From positions 13,926,651-13,990,650 of the forward strand of contig CM120647.1 in assembly GCA_051362555.1 (NCBI GenBank): DNA of 64,000 nucleotides. The letters are read 5' to 3'. Numbering within the stretch: position 1 is the stretch's first letter; each line of letters starts with the position of its first letter. The position numbers and the translations under genes were made by a program. Positions 41,925 to 54,114 of the stretch are shown piece after piece. Source of the stretch: Lingula anatina (taxonomy: Eukaryota; Animalia; Brachiopoda). The notes below the pieces were generated by a model that saw only the letters and a list, made by a program, of their open reading frames with translations, made no database searches and had not been told where the DNA came from.

Positions 41925-42500
41925 AGAGAAATAAATTCCCTGTTTTGAAAAATAATGCATATTGATTTCCTGCTGTTTATATCTCGACTAAATTGTGCGG
42001 AAAATTCATTACCAGTTGTTTCGATTATACGAGCTATTTTAAGGTGGGATTTTCTGTGTCCACTTTTAGTTTCGATTCATCTTCCTGGAAAACCCGCGTT
42101 CCACGTAAAACCTCAGAAGTGAGTCAGAATGCGGTCAATCACGTTCTGCACCGCTCACTAACAAGTTTAGGCCCAGGAAGTAGAGCATTTCATCAACAGG
42201 CTACATTTTTATGCTCCTCACATACAGAGAAATAATTTCCCCTAACAGCCGATTCGAAAGTAAATGCATATTAATTTCCTGGACTTTCCTGTGGTTATTT
42301 CTTGATTAGTTTGTTCAGAAAGTTCAGACTCGGTTGTTCTTATAAAAAGAGCTTTCTTCAAGGCGGGGTTTTCAGTGTCAACTTTTAGTTTCGATTCATC
42401 TTCCTGAAACCCCACGTTCCACGTAAAGGGTCAGAATGGAGTCAGAATGCTGTTTATTCTGAACCTCTCATCAACAGGAGGAAGGGCATTTCATCATCGG
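41925..42500. repeat. Two-copy diverged tandem duplication, period ~300-320 bp
   Basis: aatgcatatt[g/a]atttcctg and acttttagtttcgattcatcttcctg...cgttccacgtaaa...gagtcagaatgc each occur twice in the same order. Confidence 0.8.
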
Positions 42501-43279
42501 GTTACAAGGTGCATTGCATTTCAGACACAAAGGGTGTGTCCATAAACTAGCTTAGATTGAAATTTCAATATTACAAAAGAAGCGTAAAGTAAATGTCATT
42601 GTAAAAATCGTTAAAATGCATTAAACGCTGTGTTTTTTTTTTATCTCTTGATGATCTTTAATGAGCAAAGAAAAGATTATAGAAAGCTGGAGCTATCAAC
42701 GTGTGTTTTGGCAGCGCCCCTTGCAGAGTAAGGAGGACCTGAAAGTCATGAGATAAAGATGTAGGTGTCTCGCCTACATACCATAAAATTTATCGTTCTC
42801 TGTGCAATTGGGACATAATTTGCTGCACCGAAAAGGTCAATTAACGACAAATGGATTGAAGTGCCTCGCCTCTTATCGTGGACCGAGGTAGGCACGGCAG
42901 TAGGATGGGGAAAGTGCAAGGTGGGCTGGTTGCAGGAAGCGCTTTACAGCCAACAAGTAACCTCACTAAATAAAAAACGTGAAATGGGGATGGGGGTGCT
43001 CGGTCGGAAAACAAATCATTTCACCTTTGTTTGGTGATTTTTCATCAATGATGACGAAGTTTTTAATTATACAAGCCATTTTGTATTTTTATGTTCGTAT
43101 CATGTTGATCATAAGTGTCTCTTCAAGTTGTATGGTTATCTAATATAGCTGTTTCTTCGGAAACACTTGGACACAAGCTGGAAGTTTTACATTGAGTGCG
43201 TACACGGCTTCGTAGTCAGAAGTCGAAAATTGCCCTCATTCACTAAATTATAGCTTCTGCAATGTCATATCTACCTCTC

Positions 43280-43453
43280 GGGGCCGTAGCAATAGTCCGA
43301 AGGTTCAATAGTCCGAAGGTTCATTGGTCCGAATATTCACTATAGAACCTTCAGACCAATGAACCCTTGAACAAAAAATTGATGAAAATGTTACCACTTT
43401 TCGGACCAATGAACCTTCGGACAAATGAACCTTCGGACTATCGAGACGCCCCC
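43280..43453. mobile_element. Mutator-like MITE with 9-bp TSD
   Basis: CTACCTCTC on both flanks (43271-43279 and 43454-43462); arms built from ~15-bp units gtccgaaggttcaat / atgaaccttcggac in inverted orientation. Confidence 0.85.
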
Positions 43454-44696
43454 CTACCTCTCATTATAAGGTTATTTTCGGGGTGTATCAAGAACAGTCA
43501 AGGAATCTTGTATTGTGGTGAATTAAACATTGTGCTTCCTATAATCTTAAATTTTCCTGTTAAGGATAATCAAAAGCGATATTTATCATGTAATATGTTT
43601 TTACTTTATTTATGAAGATATTCACGTAATATTTCTGCCGTAATACTGACATTTCAATCTACCTGGTAATGTTTTATTCTTGAAAGTCTAATTTGACCAG
43701 GGCCAATATACAATTGACTGAATTTTAATCTGGCCTGCGACATATTAATTTTATCTGTGACCTAGACAAGCAAGACGGCTGGCGTTTGACCTTGCGCCCT
43801 GAGTGATTTGATTACAGTCAGCTGGTTGAGAACGGAACGTCAATATAGAAGAGATTATTTTTAACTCGATTACAATGCATAAGCAATGTAGAGTAAATCA
43901 ATTAAACCGCAAGTCTTGAAAAATACCGAAATGAACTCTGCAAAGCCTGCTGGAGAAGCACGTGATGTGATGTTTTCCTCTTTCTTTTTACATGCTTTTA
44001 TCGTTAATATAACCCGTTCCAGTCTAAACATATACACGAAAACTTTCCATCTCTTCCAAGAACTGTTGATGTCATTAGTTCTAAATATAACCTTCCCGCT
44101 TGGACACGAACGTACTTGAGATATACAGAATTGGGATATTTAACGTTGTTACAGTGCGCTGTATCCTGGTATTATTTCTTAAATAAAAATATTTTTCTTA
44201 ACAGTAAGCAGTATTAAAAAACGTCATGTGGGCTTTCTTTTCTCTCCTTCTCTGTCTTTCTCTACTCTTCTGTTTTACAAGACCTAGTTTCACTTTGAAT
44301 GGATGCATGAAAACAATTTAATATCAACATGGAAATATGATCAGCGCCGTTGCATTTTTATCAGGCACGTTCACTGATACGTTGAAACAATGATGTTTTG
44401 ACTCACTCCCAGCGCCCGAAGCCCAAACAAAATGCATTTCAATCTTATTTCAAACTAGCCGAGAGAGGTCTCTTTATCATATGTCCCTACTATATGGCAG
44501 TAACTATTTCACTACTTCCATTTTGATATCAATAATCTTTTATTTAAATTGCAAAAACTCAGTTTTTGGAATACGTCTTCCTGATGAATATGTTGTTCAT
44601 GACATTGCACATCTGTAATGTATTCTTTTCAGTTTGGTATTTTAAAAATCCCTGATTCTTAAGTCGATTTTAACTCAAACAAAAGGGGTTAAGTCT

Positions 44697-44864
44697 TTAA
44701 GTAAACGACAATTCTCTCGCTAATTCTTCAGTGGAATAGTTGCTGTCCTTGTCGCCATCTATCCCTTCAAAACTAAAAAATCTAAGCAGAGACGACCATC
44801 TACTCTGAAAAAAAAAACAATATTCAAGGTGAAAGGCTCAATCATCATCATCATCATCATCATC

Positions 44865-44905
<41 letters not shown>

Positions 44906-47423
44906 TCTGTAACGTCAGTGTCGAGTATACTGACCTTTCACGAGAAAAACATTTTTCAAAGGATTATAAGGGAAATTAAAGCAATAAATAAAAGAGAAAA
45001 CTGACGTGAAATGTAAGTGGACAATTTATAATCAATTCCGAACAGAACTGATATAATACATATTGCAAAAAAAAAAAAAAATTATATATATATATATTCA
45101 CGTTTCAAAATTTAAAGCTTTATGTAAGAATATGGATTCTAATTTCTTGAAAACGTGTATCACTAGCTGGAATGTCTGAATTGTGTGTCATTTTAGTAAT
45201 TATTAAAATGAAGCCTACCTCTAATTGGTATACCTTGGTGCCCTCTACAATATTTTTAATAAAGTCTTGTATGAGTTTAATTTTTGTGTTATTATCGTCA
45301 TTCTTTGGTTTATTGTCTATGACGACAACTCTGTTGTCAGCTTCTTTAACCTTGTCTCTGAAAGTCTCGGGAAATCTCTCAATGAAGTCTTGAGTCAACA
45401 GCCCGGGATATATGTCACCATGCGTAAATACAAAGACTGTGCTTTTTAGAAAATCCTCAAATTGAGACTCCAACAGGTTTAAGGTTACGATTTCATAATC
45501 TGTGATTCTCTTACTGCAGTTCATAACGTAAATAAACGCATTCACGTGATCAATACCGTTGGCCTTTCTTTTTATTGTTGTCATAACTTTCTCGTCTGAA
45601 TATGACAATGAACCAAACCCGGGCGTGTCTACTATCCACCATTCCCCCTCGTTCTCAGGGTACCATCGATATGTCTTCTGACAGCAGTCCTTCTTTTCAG
45701 ACAAATGGTTGTTACGGGTGAGAGTGCTCACGAGGGCCGTTTTGCCTTGGTTCACACGGCCCACAACCATGACCACTGTTGGCCCTGAAAATACATAATT
45801 ACCTCTTAGTCTCGCTTAATCAGATTGTTATTGAAATGAGACGATTTCATTCGGACTCTGTACAAAGAAAGCAACATTCCTTCTACAGATCAGTCCGGGA
45901 GCCCAGGCCTAGGACAAAGCAAGAGGCAAATGTATTCACGTCTTATCTGACGGTAAACCAAAAGTCATCAATTTCATTTATCTTTTAAACTTACAATATG
46001 AAACAACTTCAACGGAATTGTAATGGATATATTAAGGAGAAACTGTCGGTCACTCTAAGAGTCCAAACTTTCAACAAGGAAAAGGCAGATATTTATATTA
46101 AAATAAGTGCATGTAGAGGAACTGACACTCATTAAGTTCAATTCATAATCTATGCTTTCTCTTTTGATGAACACCCTATCCTGAAGTTTCCTTTGTAAGG
46201 ATTATTTTGATATAAACATGTACCCCCCCCCCCCTGAAAAAATTAACACCGATTAAAACAACCTCTTTTGTTTACCAGAGATTTAAGACTTTAATTATTA
46301 AGTACAGTCTGTTCATATCATATATAATAATAATTATTATTATCATTATTATTATTAAGTCTATGAAGTTCAGTTTAATTTCAATGTTAAAACTTTTACA
46401 TATTAAAAAATTAAAACAATATACAAAACCGCAGTTGATGCATTCTATTAAAGGGGACATTTTAAATTACACTGATCGTTTTTTACATTAAGGCACGTAC
46501 ACTAACATATTTAAAGAAAGCTCTGAGTAATTAAAAAAAAAAATCATTCTTTGACACTATTTGGCATAAACTGAGTGACAGCATGTTCCATTCCACTGGA
46601 GCCGACACTTAAAAAGCTTAGATGTCATACGTTGTTAGTCTGTTCATTATCAGGAGGGTCGGAATTAATGTTCACTATATAGTATCAGTGACAACAGACA
46701 CGGTCTAGACATAGCACTTATGTAATCTTCTGTAAACAAATTCGGCTCCAAAGTGTCCATAAATAATATTTACTTATCTTATCTAAATACAGATGGGGTT
46801 TATTGCCCGCTTTTACAACGTGAAAATATATGATAAAACCAAAAATCATTCCCAGGGAGACTGGTGTGTGTTTGTGTTTACGTGTGTGTGTGTGCGTGTG
46901 TGTGTGTGTTTATGTGTGCGTTTATGTGGGTGCGTTTGTGTGTGCGTGTGTTTAGGTATGTGTTTGTGCGTTTGTGTGTGCATTTATGTACGTGTGTGTG
47001 CGTTTGTTTATGAGTGTGTTTATGTGTGTTTGTGCATTTTTGTGAGCGTTTGTATGTGTGAGTGCGCTCGTGCGTTCATACGTGCGTGTGTGACACACGG
47101 TCGATGGTTTGGCCCTTTGTCCATATAGCTAAATACTTTATCAACACTACACAAGAGACATACATGTAGCAACCTAGGTCAACGTGTAATAAATCTGGCT
47201 ATACTCATCTTTTCCAACTTGATACACAGAAAAACCTATTTGTCTTTCACTTATATAATTGAAATCTACAGTTCCTTGCTAGATATATTACTTTTTTTTT
47301 CTTTTCTTTTTTCCGGGGGTATTTTTTTATTAGTAGGATTGTAGTAGGATTGTTTGGCAATTCATGCTCAACAAACCGGTGTCCTTTGTTACAGTATAAG
47401 ACCCTTTTCCTTTTGTGAACGCA

Positions 47424-47454
<31 letters not shown>

Positions 47455-47666
47455 TTGATCTCTCTTAATTTTAATAAAACGGAATCTTGGCGGCATTGTG
47501 TTGACATTCTTCACGTCAAGCTCTTCCCCCTTTTTCTATTGAGTGCCATTGTTCTGGGTGCGTGACAAGCTTAAAGGGATAATAACTCTTCGTTTTAGCC
47601 AAAAAAATTATTTTTCCTGGAGTAAACAACAATTTTCCCATACTTACCAATGGTTAATGAATCCAT
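44697..47666 (-). CDS. AIG1/GIMAP-family GTPase B (230 aa)
   Basis: Exons 47666-47648 (MDSLTI, tentative), 45784-45219 and 44804-44697. G1 GRVNQGKT, G3 DTPG, box [16 protein letters not shown]4 THGD, G5 IDN; tail [35 protein letters not shown]. Confidence 0.85.
46862..47092. repeat. Degenerate (GT)n microsatellite
   Basis: Direct inspection; explains the Cys/Val ORF 46793-47128. Confidence 0.9.
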
Positions 47667-49690
47667 TTTTACATTCAAAGTTAGTCCCTGTTTTTTTTTT
47701 TTTTTTTTCTAAAAAGTTTGTCTTTTTGTTATAATCTCCTAAGAGATTATAACAGAATATAATCATCAATGGAGGTCACGTGGTCTAAAGACAAACTCAG
47801 ATATCAGAATAATAGCCATAACTGGCGTTTTATAATTTTTTTTTGGTAAAACAGAATATATTATATGTCTATGAGTTGTTCACAATGTTTTTTAATTGTG
47901 AAATGTAGATCTCATACGAAGAGTTGTTATCCCTTTAAGTTTCTCCACGTTTTAATTTTATTTTTGTCTGCCTTTACATTCAGATAAGATACCAGTAAAC
48001 ACACCAAAAACAATACATACAGCACGAGGTTTAGCCACTCTTTTAGGCCCACTAACCAAACAGTAGTTCGCTTAGCCTACCGCAAGGTTACTTATGCTAT
48101 TAGGTCTGCTGTAAGAAGCAGCTACATCAGTGCACGGTGGGATCAGGATATGGGGGATATCGCTTGGGGGGTCAAAGATAAAAACGAATGCCTCACAAAG
48201 TAAAACAGTAAACCACATATTTACATGCATACTATACTATTTATGACACAGGGTTAGAAAATGCACTTGGTTTTGTCTAAGTCCACTCATAATAAATTTT
48301 AGGGTCATTATTTTATTAAGTGGAGGAGGAAGTAGACAGGTCCATGGGAAGCGAGTAAAAGTCGATGGTATACCTTGCTTTTGTTTACAGCTTTGCATGC
48401 AGGACAATAACCGCAGGCAAGGGCTCATATCACCGTGTGGTTTAAACACTTGAGAACCTGTTTTTCTTCAGTTGTACCGGTTGTATCATTCATGAAAACC
48501 GAGACAAGAGTTCACCATGTAGGCCTACATATTACATTCCTGTAAATGTGGGGCATTATAGAGATGGAAACCAGGAGAAACAAGCAGAGGGGAAGATGTT
48601 TCTTGTATCACTCACCTTTGGCGGTCATTCCACTTTCCTTTTATGTATTAACCTCCTGTGATTAACCAAGTGAAGCTTAATAAAATGGCTATCTGGGAAG
48701 TGCCTATATCCAACTACAAAACTTACTGTACTGCCAATGCGCATGTGCAAACATGCGCTGATATTTTTGTCCTTCTTATAAAGGTTAACCCTTTGAATCC
48801 CCCCCCCCCCCCCCCCATATAGCGTTTTTATCTTATGTTTGAAAAACATAACATATGGTCTTAATAAAGCTTAGTTACAGATCGGAATGATTGTCTCCTG
48901 TTGCACCGCACGTTAATTGACCAATAAACTACATTGATTGCCATTTTTTGTATTTTTGATTTAATAATTAATGTAAAATTGTATTAAATTATTAATTTAT
49001 TTCTATTTATGAATGAATATTTAATTTTCCTTATTTCTTTATTATTTATTTATATATTTTTTATTTTCGTTCTTCCGAATAAAATTACGAATTTATCCAA
49101 ATAGTTATGTGTGATTCTTTGAAAAAGCATGCAGATCCCACTACTTTCTATCTTCTAATTCGGAACTATCTTTTTATAAATCCAGCAAGTTATCAATTGA
49201 ACCAGTTTGCAACCGTTTAGAAGTGCATTTATTGTCAACAAATTTATCAGTATATACATATATTGCATGCATTAAAACCAATAACACAATGCTTTTTTTT
49301 TTCTAGATTATCATGCATTCAACTTATGAAGCCCTGGCTTACATATATTTCAATGTAGTGACGACAACGAAGCTTGAAAAACTGAACTAGTTATGAAGAT
49401 GTCGTAGGTTCTCCAAATATTTAAAAACTAACCAAATCAGACCTTTAAACCGTCTCCACTTTAACCCACAGTACCTTGCATATTGAGTCAGATCCGGGAG
49501 CAATCAAAGTCGTTGAAAAATGCCCATTAAAAAAAAGGATCATGAACGTCATTTAGGAACATATGACAACTACGGAACCACAGCGGTTATTTCAATGTCG
49601 CTATTTAGAATATGCCCTGATTGCTGAAGTGAAAGTAAATACTGCTCTTCTGCATGGATCAGTTCAGTAGCTTTTGACCAGTATAAGTAT

Positions 49691-51807
49691 TTAACTATTG
49701 GTGACAGCAACGCCAACCGCGACGGCAACAGCGATGACAACAGCACCAACGATAGCAACAGTGACAGCAATGCACACAGCACTTTTTCCACAGCAAATCA
49801 CCTGGAATAGAAATAATTACAATAACTTTAAAAAAAAACGCATGTGTGGAATGTAATGAAATCAAGTTATGTTAACAGGAACAAAAAATCCCTTCCTCAT
49901 TTATAACAAAACATGCACGACATGAGTTCGTGGAGAAAATCAAAGTACGTAGAAAAGATGTGCATTTAGTCCTGTTATATTAATCTTTTTTTTTTTTTTT
50001 TTTTTCGGGAATTATCGGATACGGCTGTTTGACGTTATCACCGCCTTATCCAGTGGTTAGTTTTGCTTAAAATCATGAACTGAATATATATGACAAGACA
50101 TGTTCAAAATGTTTTTTTTTTTTTTTTTTTTTTGGCTCATATCACCATGGCCCCCTTTAAAGTAATAACGTATGCAATTTTCAAATGTATTTGTCTTTCT
50201 TTACGCACACCGAAACAATTAGTCGAAGGTGATAAGGCAATGTTCAATACATATAACAAATAAAGGAAGCGACCATTACCCTTCCAGCACCGGGGATTTT
50301 ATACGGCACCGTTTCAACAGATTTTATCAGCTCTATTAACTCTTCTTGGTTCTCTTCTCGGTCTTCCCAGTCACTGTTTTCTACACACCATATTCGTTCA
50401 CCGCATTTTTTATAAAGGCTCTGAAATGTCTCTGGCGAATTGGCTAAAAATTCTCCGATGGAAGTGTTTTTCTGTTTTACGGCATCAGCAAATGTGAGGA
50501 CAATGATGCTTTTTTGAAGAAAATTGTCTCCGAAAATTTTGCAGAACTGATCTACTGCTTTTATTTGAGTGTTTTTAATTCGGTCCGTTTTAAACACAAT
50601 CAATATTGCGTCCACGTGCTGCAGACACCTGGCTTCGTTATATATTCTGTCCAGTATCTTATGGTCTGATGTGGCCAGGGATCCTAAACCAGGTGTGTCC
50701 ACAACATGAACAGTCCACGAGCTCGGTTCCTTGAGCCTGAAAGTCTTGCGTGTAATTTTGCCATCTTTTCCTTTATAATTAGGGTCCCCGGATAGTTTCA
50801 TTACAGTTGCAGATTTCCCTTGCCCCTGATAGCCGACGACAATGACGTTGTAGGTTTTGGTGGTCGTCCTGGGAAAAAAATTGGCAATGTGTTATGAAAA
50901 ACTAAACTTAGGAAAATCGCGGCGGAAACAGTCAGAAAAGTAAAAAATAAAATCTAAATGATTTTATTTATGGAAAGAGCTTGTCCGGTTTTGAAACAGG
51001 ATTATATATATATATATATATATTTTTTCGATCTGTCTGTTTCAGTATTTAGTGCTGTGTCTTCATGCCAATAAATTCTTCTTCTTCTTCTTCTTCTTCT
51101 TCTTATTATTATTATTATTATTGCAATGGTGTACAATATTAAGTTTAAAAGATCAAAAGTTTATAACATACAATCTAAGCTTATCATATGCACAATTAAA
51201 GATTCTAAAACATACCAACTTAAATCCCCATAATGTTATTTTAGACAATTGCCAAGGTATCGATTATAGACCCAGTTATGACTATAGCCTGTTCTTGATA
51301 ATTTCCATGTGTGTGAAATCGAGTACAGTTTACATTAACCCTTTATAACTCTGACAGTTGAACTGAAACTACTGATCCGTTTCTTTGGCCTGAAACTGAC
51401 TCCACGCTCAACTCACTGTTATCTACCTTCATTACATTAGTGACTTATCATTACACGTGAATGTATACTTACATTGCTGTTCCTATTTGGAGATAATAGA
51501 GGATCTAGCGAAGTGTTACTACTGCTGTTTTCTGCTTTGGCATGGAAGTGTTGGAGATTTGCTATAAATGCCAAACTGCGCATGCCCTGGTAATTCGCGG
51601 GACCTTCACAAAGTTCCAAGATTTAACAAATTCAAGGGGAAATTGTTAACATATATCAGTTCTTTTTTATTATTTTCCCGCTATTAGCCCTTCCCTTTGA
51701 TCTTCCTGTCATTATAGTGTATAGTTGCCGTGTTCAAATTGTAACTCGTATATGTATAAAACACGATAAATCATTTACTTTCAAACTCACCCAAAACAGC
51801 AACACAT
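49691..51807 (-). CDS. AIG1/GIMAP-family GTPase C with C-terminal TM and probable N-terminal Cys cluster (238 aa)
   Basis: Exons 51807-51791 (MCCCFG; the only phase-2-compatible candidate I found), 50868-50280 and 49801-49691. G1 GYQGQGKS, DTPG, VDAILIVFKTDRIK, TFAD, VEN; tail VICCGKSAVCIAVTVAIVGAVVIAVAVAVGVAVTNS*. Confidence 0.86.
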
Positions 51808-52402
51808 ATTTAATAACCTGGACACTTTATTGATGGTATTCTGTTTGCGATTCTACAACTTAAAGAAAGTGGGAAACGGGCACTTTGCCACATTATTCAC
51901 ATCAGTGGGAAAACATAGTTTTCTTTATCCTCTTTTGTTTTAGCCAGAAATAAGTTAAAGATGTTATGAGACGCCCCCTGAGCTCTTGACCTCCTAGGCG
52001 TTATTGATTTGCATATCAGCGGCACGAGGTAACATCCGCCCAGCCAGCCTCAACTCACGTCTTTCAGATACTCGCACAGCGTACAGCAACTGATGTTGAT
52101 AGGCAGGAAGTCGTCGTTACCAAACACATACTCTGCTCATGAAGTATAGTCGAACTAACAATCTCAACAAGGTAAAGGGTTGATATTCTGCACTGAAATA
52201 TTTACTTTAAAATCAACAGGGTAGTGCGTTATCAAATTCCTTTAAAAGAGAGGACAGGAAAGCGTTTTAATCTGGTTAACTTTGGCGAAAGTAAAACTTT
52301 CAAAACTGGCACGCTGCTAGCAGAAAAGACTTCACACACACTTGAACATAATATAGACAGTATAGTTTACTGGGGCACAAACAAGCAAAGATAGACTGCA
52401 CC

Positions 52403-54077
52403 ATGAATTCAAGCGACCCACACTGGATTAAATGCCACGCTGACTTGCAAATAGGAGATGGATACAACTTTGATACCATGGAAAAAACACAAGCCATAAT
52501 TGAGGGCATAGAAGAGGATAGTTTGGATTTCACTAAAGATCGGGATATAAAAATTCGCCAATTTACCGGGCACTTAACCGAGCGCGATACTCAGACCAGC
52601 AGCAGTGAGGGTTTTGTGAGGCTCAAGGCAAAAGCTTTCGATTTGACTATTCCTGGGGTAAACATGGGGTTGAAGGCTGAGGCAGGAGCAAGTGCTAGCT
52701 GGAAAGGAAGTGGGGAAAATACAACGAAGGGTGATGTCACCACACTGCGCCTGTCTATTCGTATGCAAACTGTGAGTTTTTATTTCTTTTTAAGAAACCA
52801 GATCAGGTCAAACATTTCTCTGAAAAGATTTTAGAAGATTTAATCAAATTACTTCAGATTTAATCAATTAATTTGCAATGAGATAAAAAAAGAAACAAAT
52901 GAATAAATTCATGCATGGATCAATGATTAAGGAAATAATTGACTAGATATAAATGAAAAAATAAAAGCAAACGTTCAAGAATATAATTATAATATAGTTA
53001 TTCAGTTTTTGTTTGTTGACATAACTATCTGAATAAAAAATGCAAAAAAAAAAACAGAAATAGTAATGTTCAACTGTAAATTGTAAAATGTTTACGAATA
53101 TCAGTGTTGTGTATCACAGGTGTGTTTTACAGTTACCCTTTCAATCCATGCCTTTACGCTTATTCCGTGTGTAATTTGTACTGGCGAGAATGATTTTTTT
53201 TGCGACATATCGGGGGAAATAATAATAATAATAATAATATTTTTGTCTCTCAGGGAATTAAGCGCCTGAACGACCGAAGACGCGGAAGTGTGAGACGAAA
53301 ACCTGGGGTTCATCCTACACATTATGTGTCATCTTTAGCCTACGGTGGCTATCTGACCATCGACATAACAGCGCGCGTGAACAGTCGCAATGCGAAGGAG
53401 AACTTTGAACGGGACATGGGAGCAAACGCAGAGTTCAAATTTAAAGAATATGGCGCCGATGTAAGTGCTAACAGTAAACTGAATAACATCGAAGATTACT
53501 TGAGGAATACTCAGGAATGCACAGTGAACGTTGACTCGAGTGTTTCAGAAATGCAGTACGACGTCCGCGAAACAAAATCAAGTGATCTCAGCAATTTGCA
53601 GAAGCTGATAAATCGCTTCGTAGAAAAAGTCGAGGAACAAAATGGCGGCAAAGGCAAGCCGATGCTGGCCAAAATTGCTCCTTTATCCGAACTTGATAAT
53701 TCTGCAGAGCCATATGAATTCGAAAACAGACTGGGGAACCAGATTAAAGATCTGGAAGACAGGTATGACGACATTTGTTCAGCTTTGGGGTTTCTACGCA
53801 CCTTCTTCCAAGATCACCAAACTCAGGTCCAAGACCTTCCCCATGATATAATTAAGCTTGAGAAGGATCTTGAAAGTTTACGAGACACATTCACAGATAA
53901 TATACAGGGACTCACTCACAGAAAGGCTGACCATGCGAAAAATAAAGAAATCGTTCGACATTTAGAGGCAGCGTACACGGAATTCAGCCCTACTGCTGTT
54001 GGTCTAAGGAGATGCATCGGTAGAGTGAGGCAAATGACCCAGAAATATATCAAGGTGAATAACTTCGTGCTCTCTGA

Positions 54078-54114
<37 letters not shown>

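Noticed and set aside
51417-51619. Alternative first exons for GIMAP C
   Set aside because: Donors near 51416 and 51472 give phase 1 and phase 0, but the G-domain exon needs phase 2.
51358-52300. IRF/NF-kB-like GAAA and GGGAAA motifs around the C/D promoter
   Set aside because: Short and imperfect in AT-rich DNA; not distinguishable from chance by eye.
52403-54054. Gasdermin assignment for the N-terminal domain
   Set aside because: The motifs (THxVxxxxYGG, GxPxxxxxxPL) fit the stonustoxin-like MACPF branch better; a structure search is needed to settle it.
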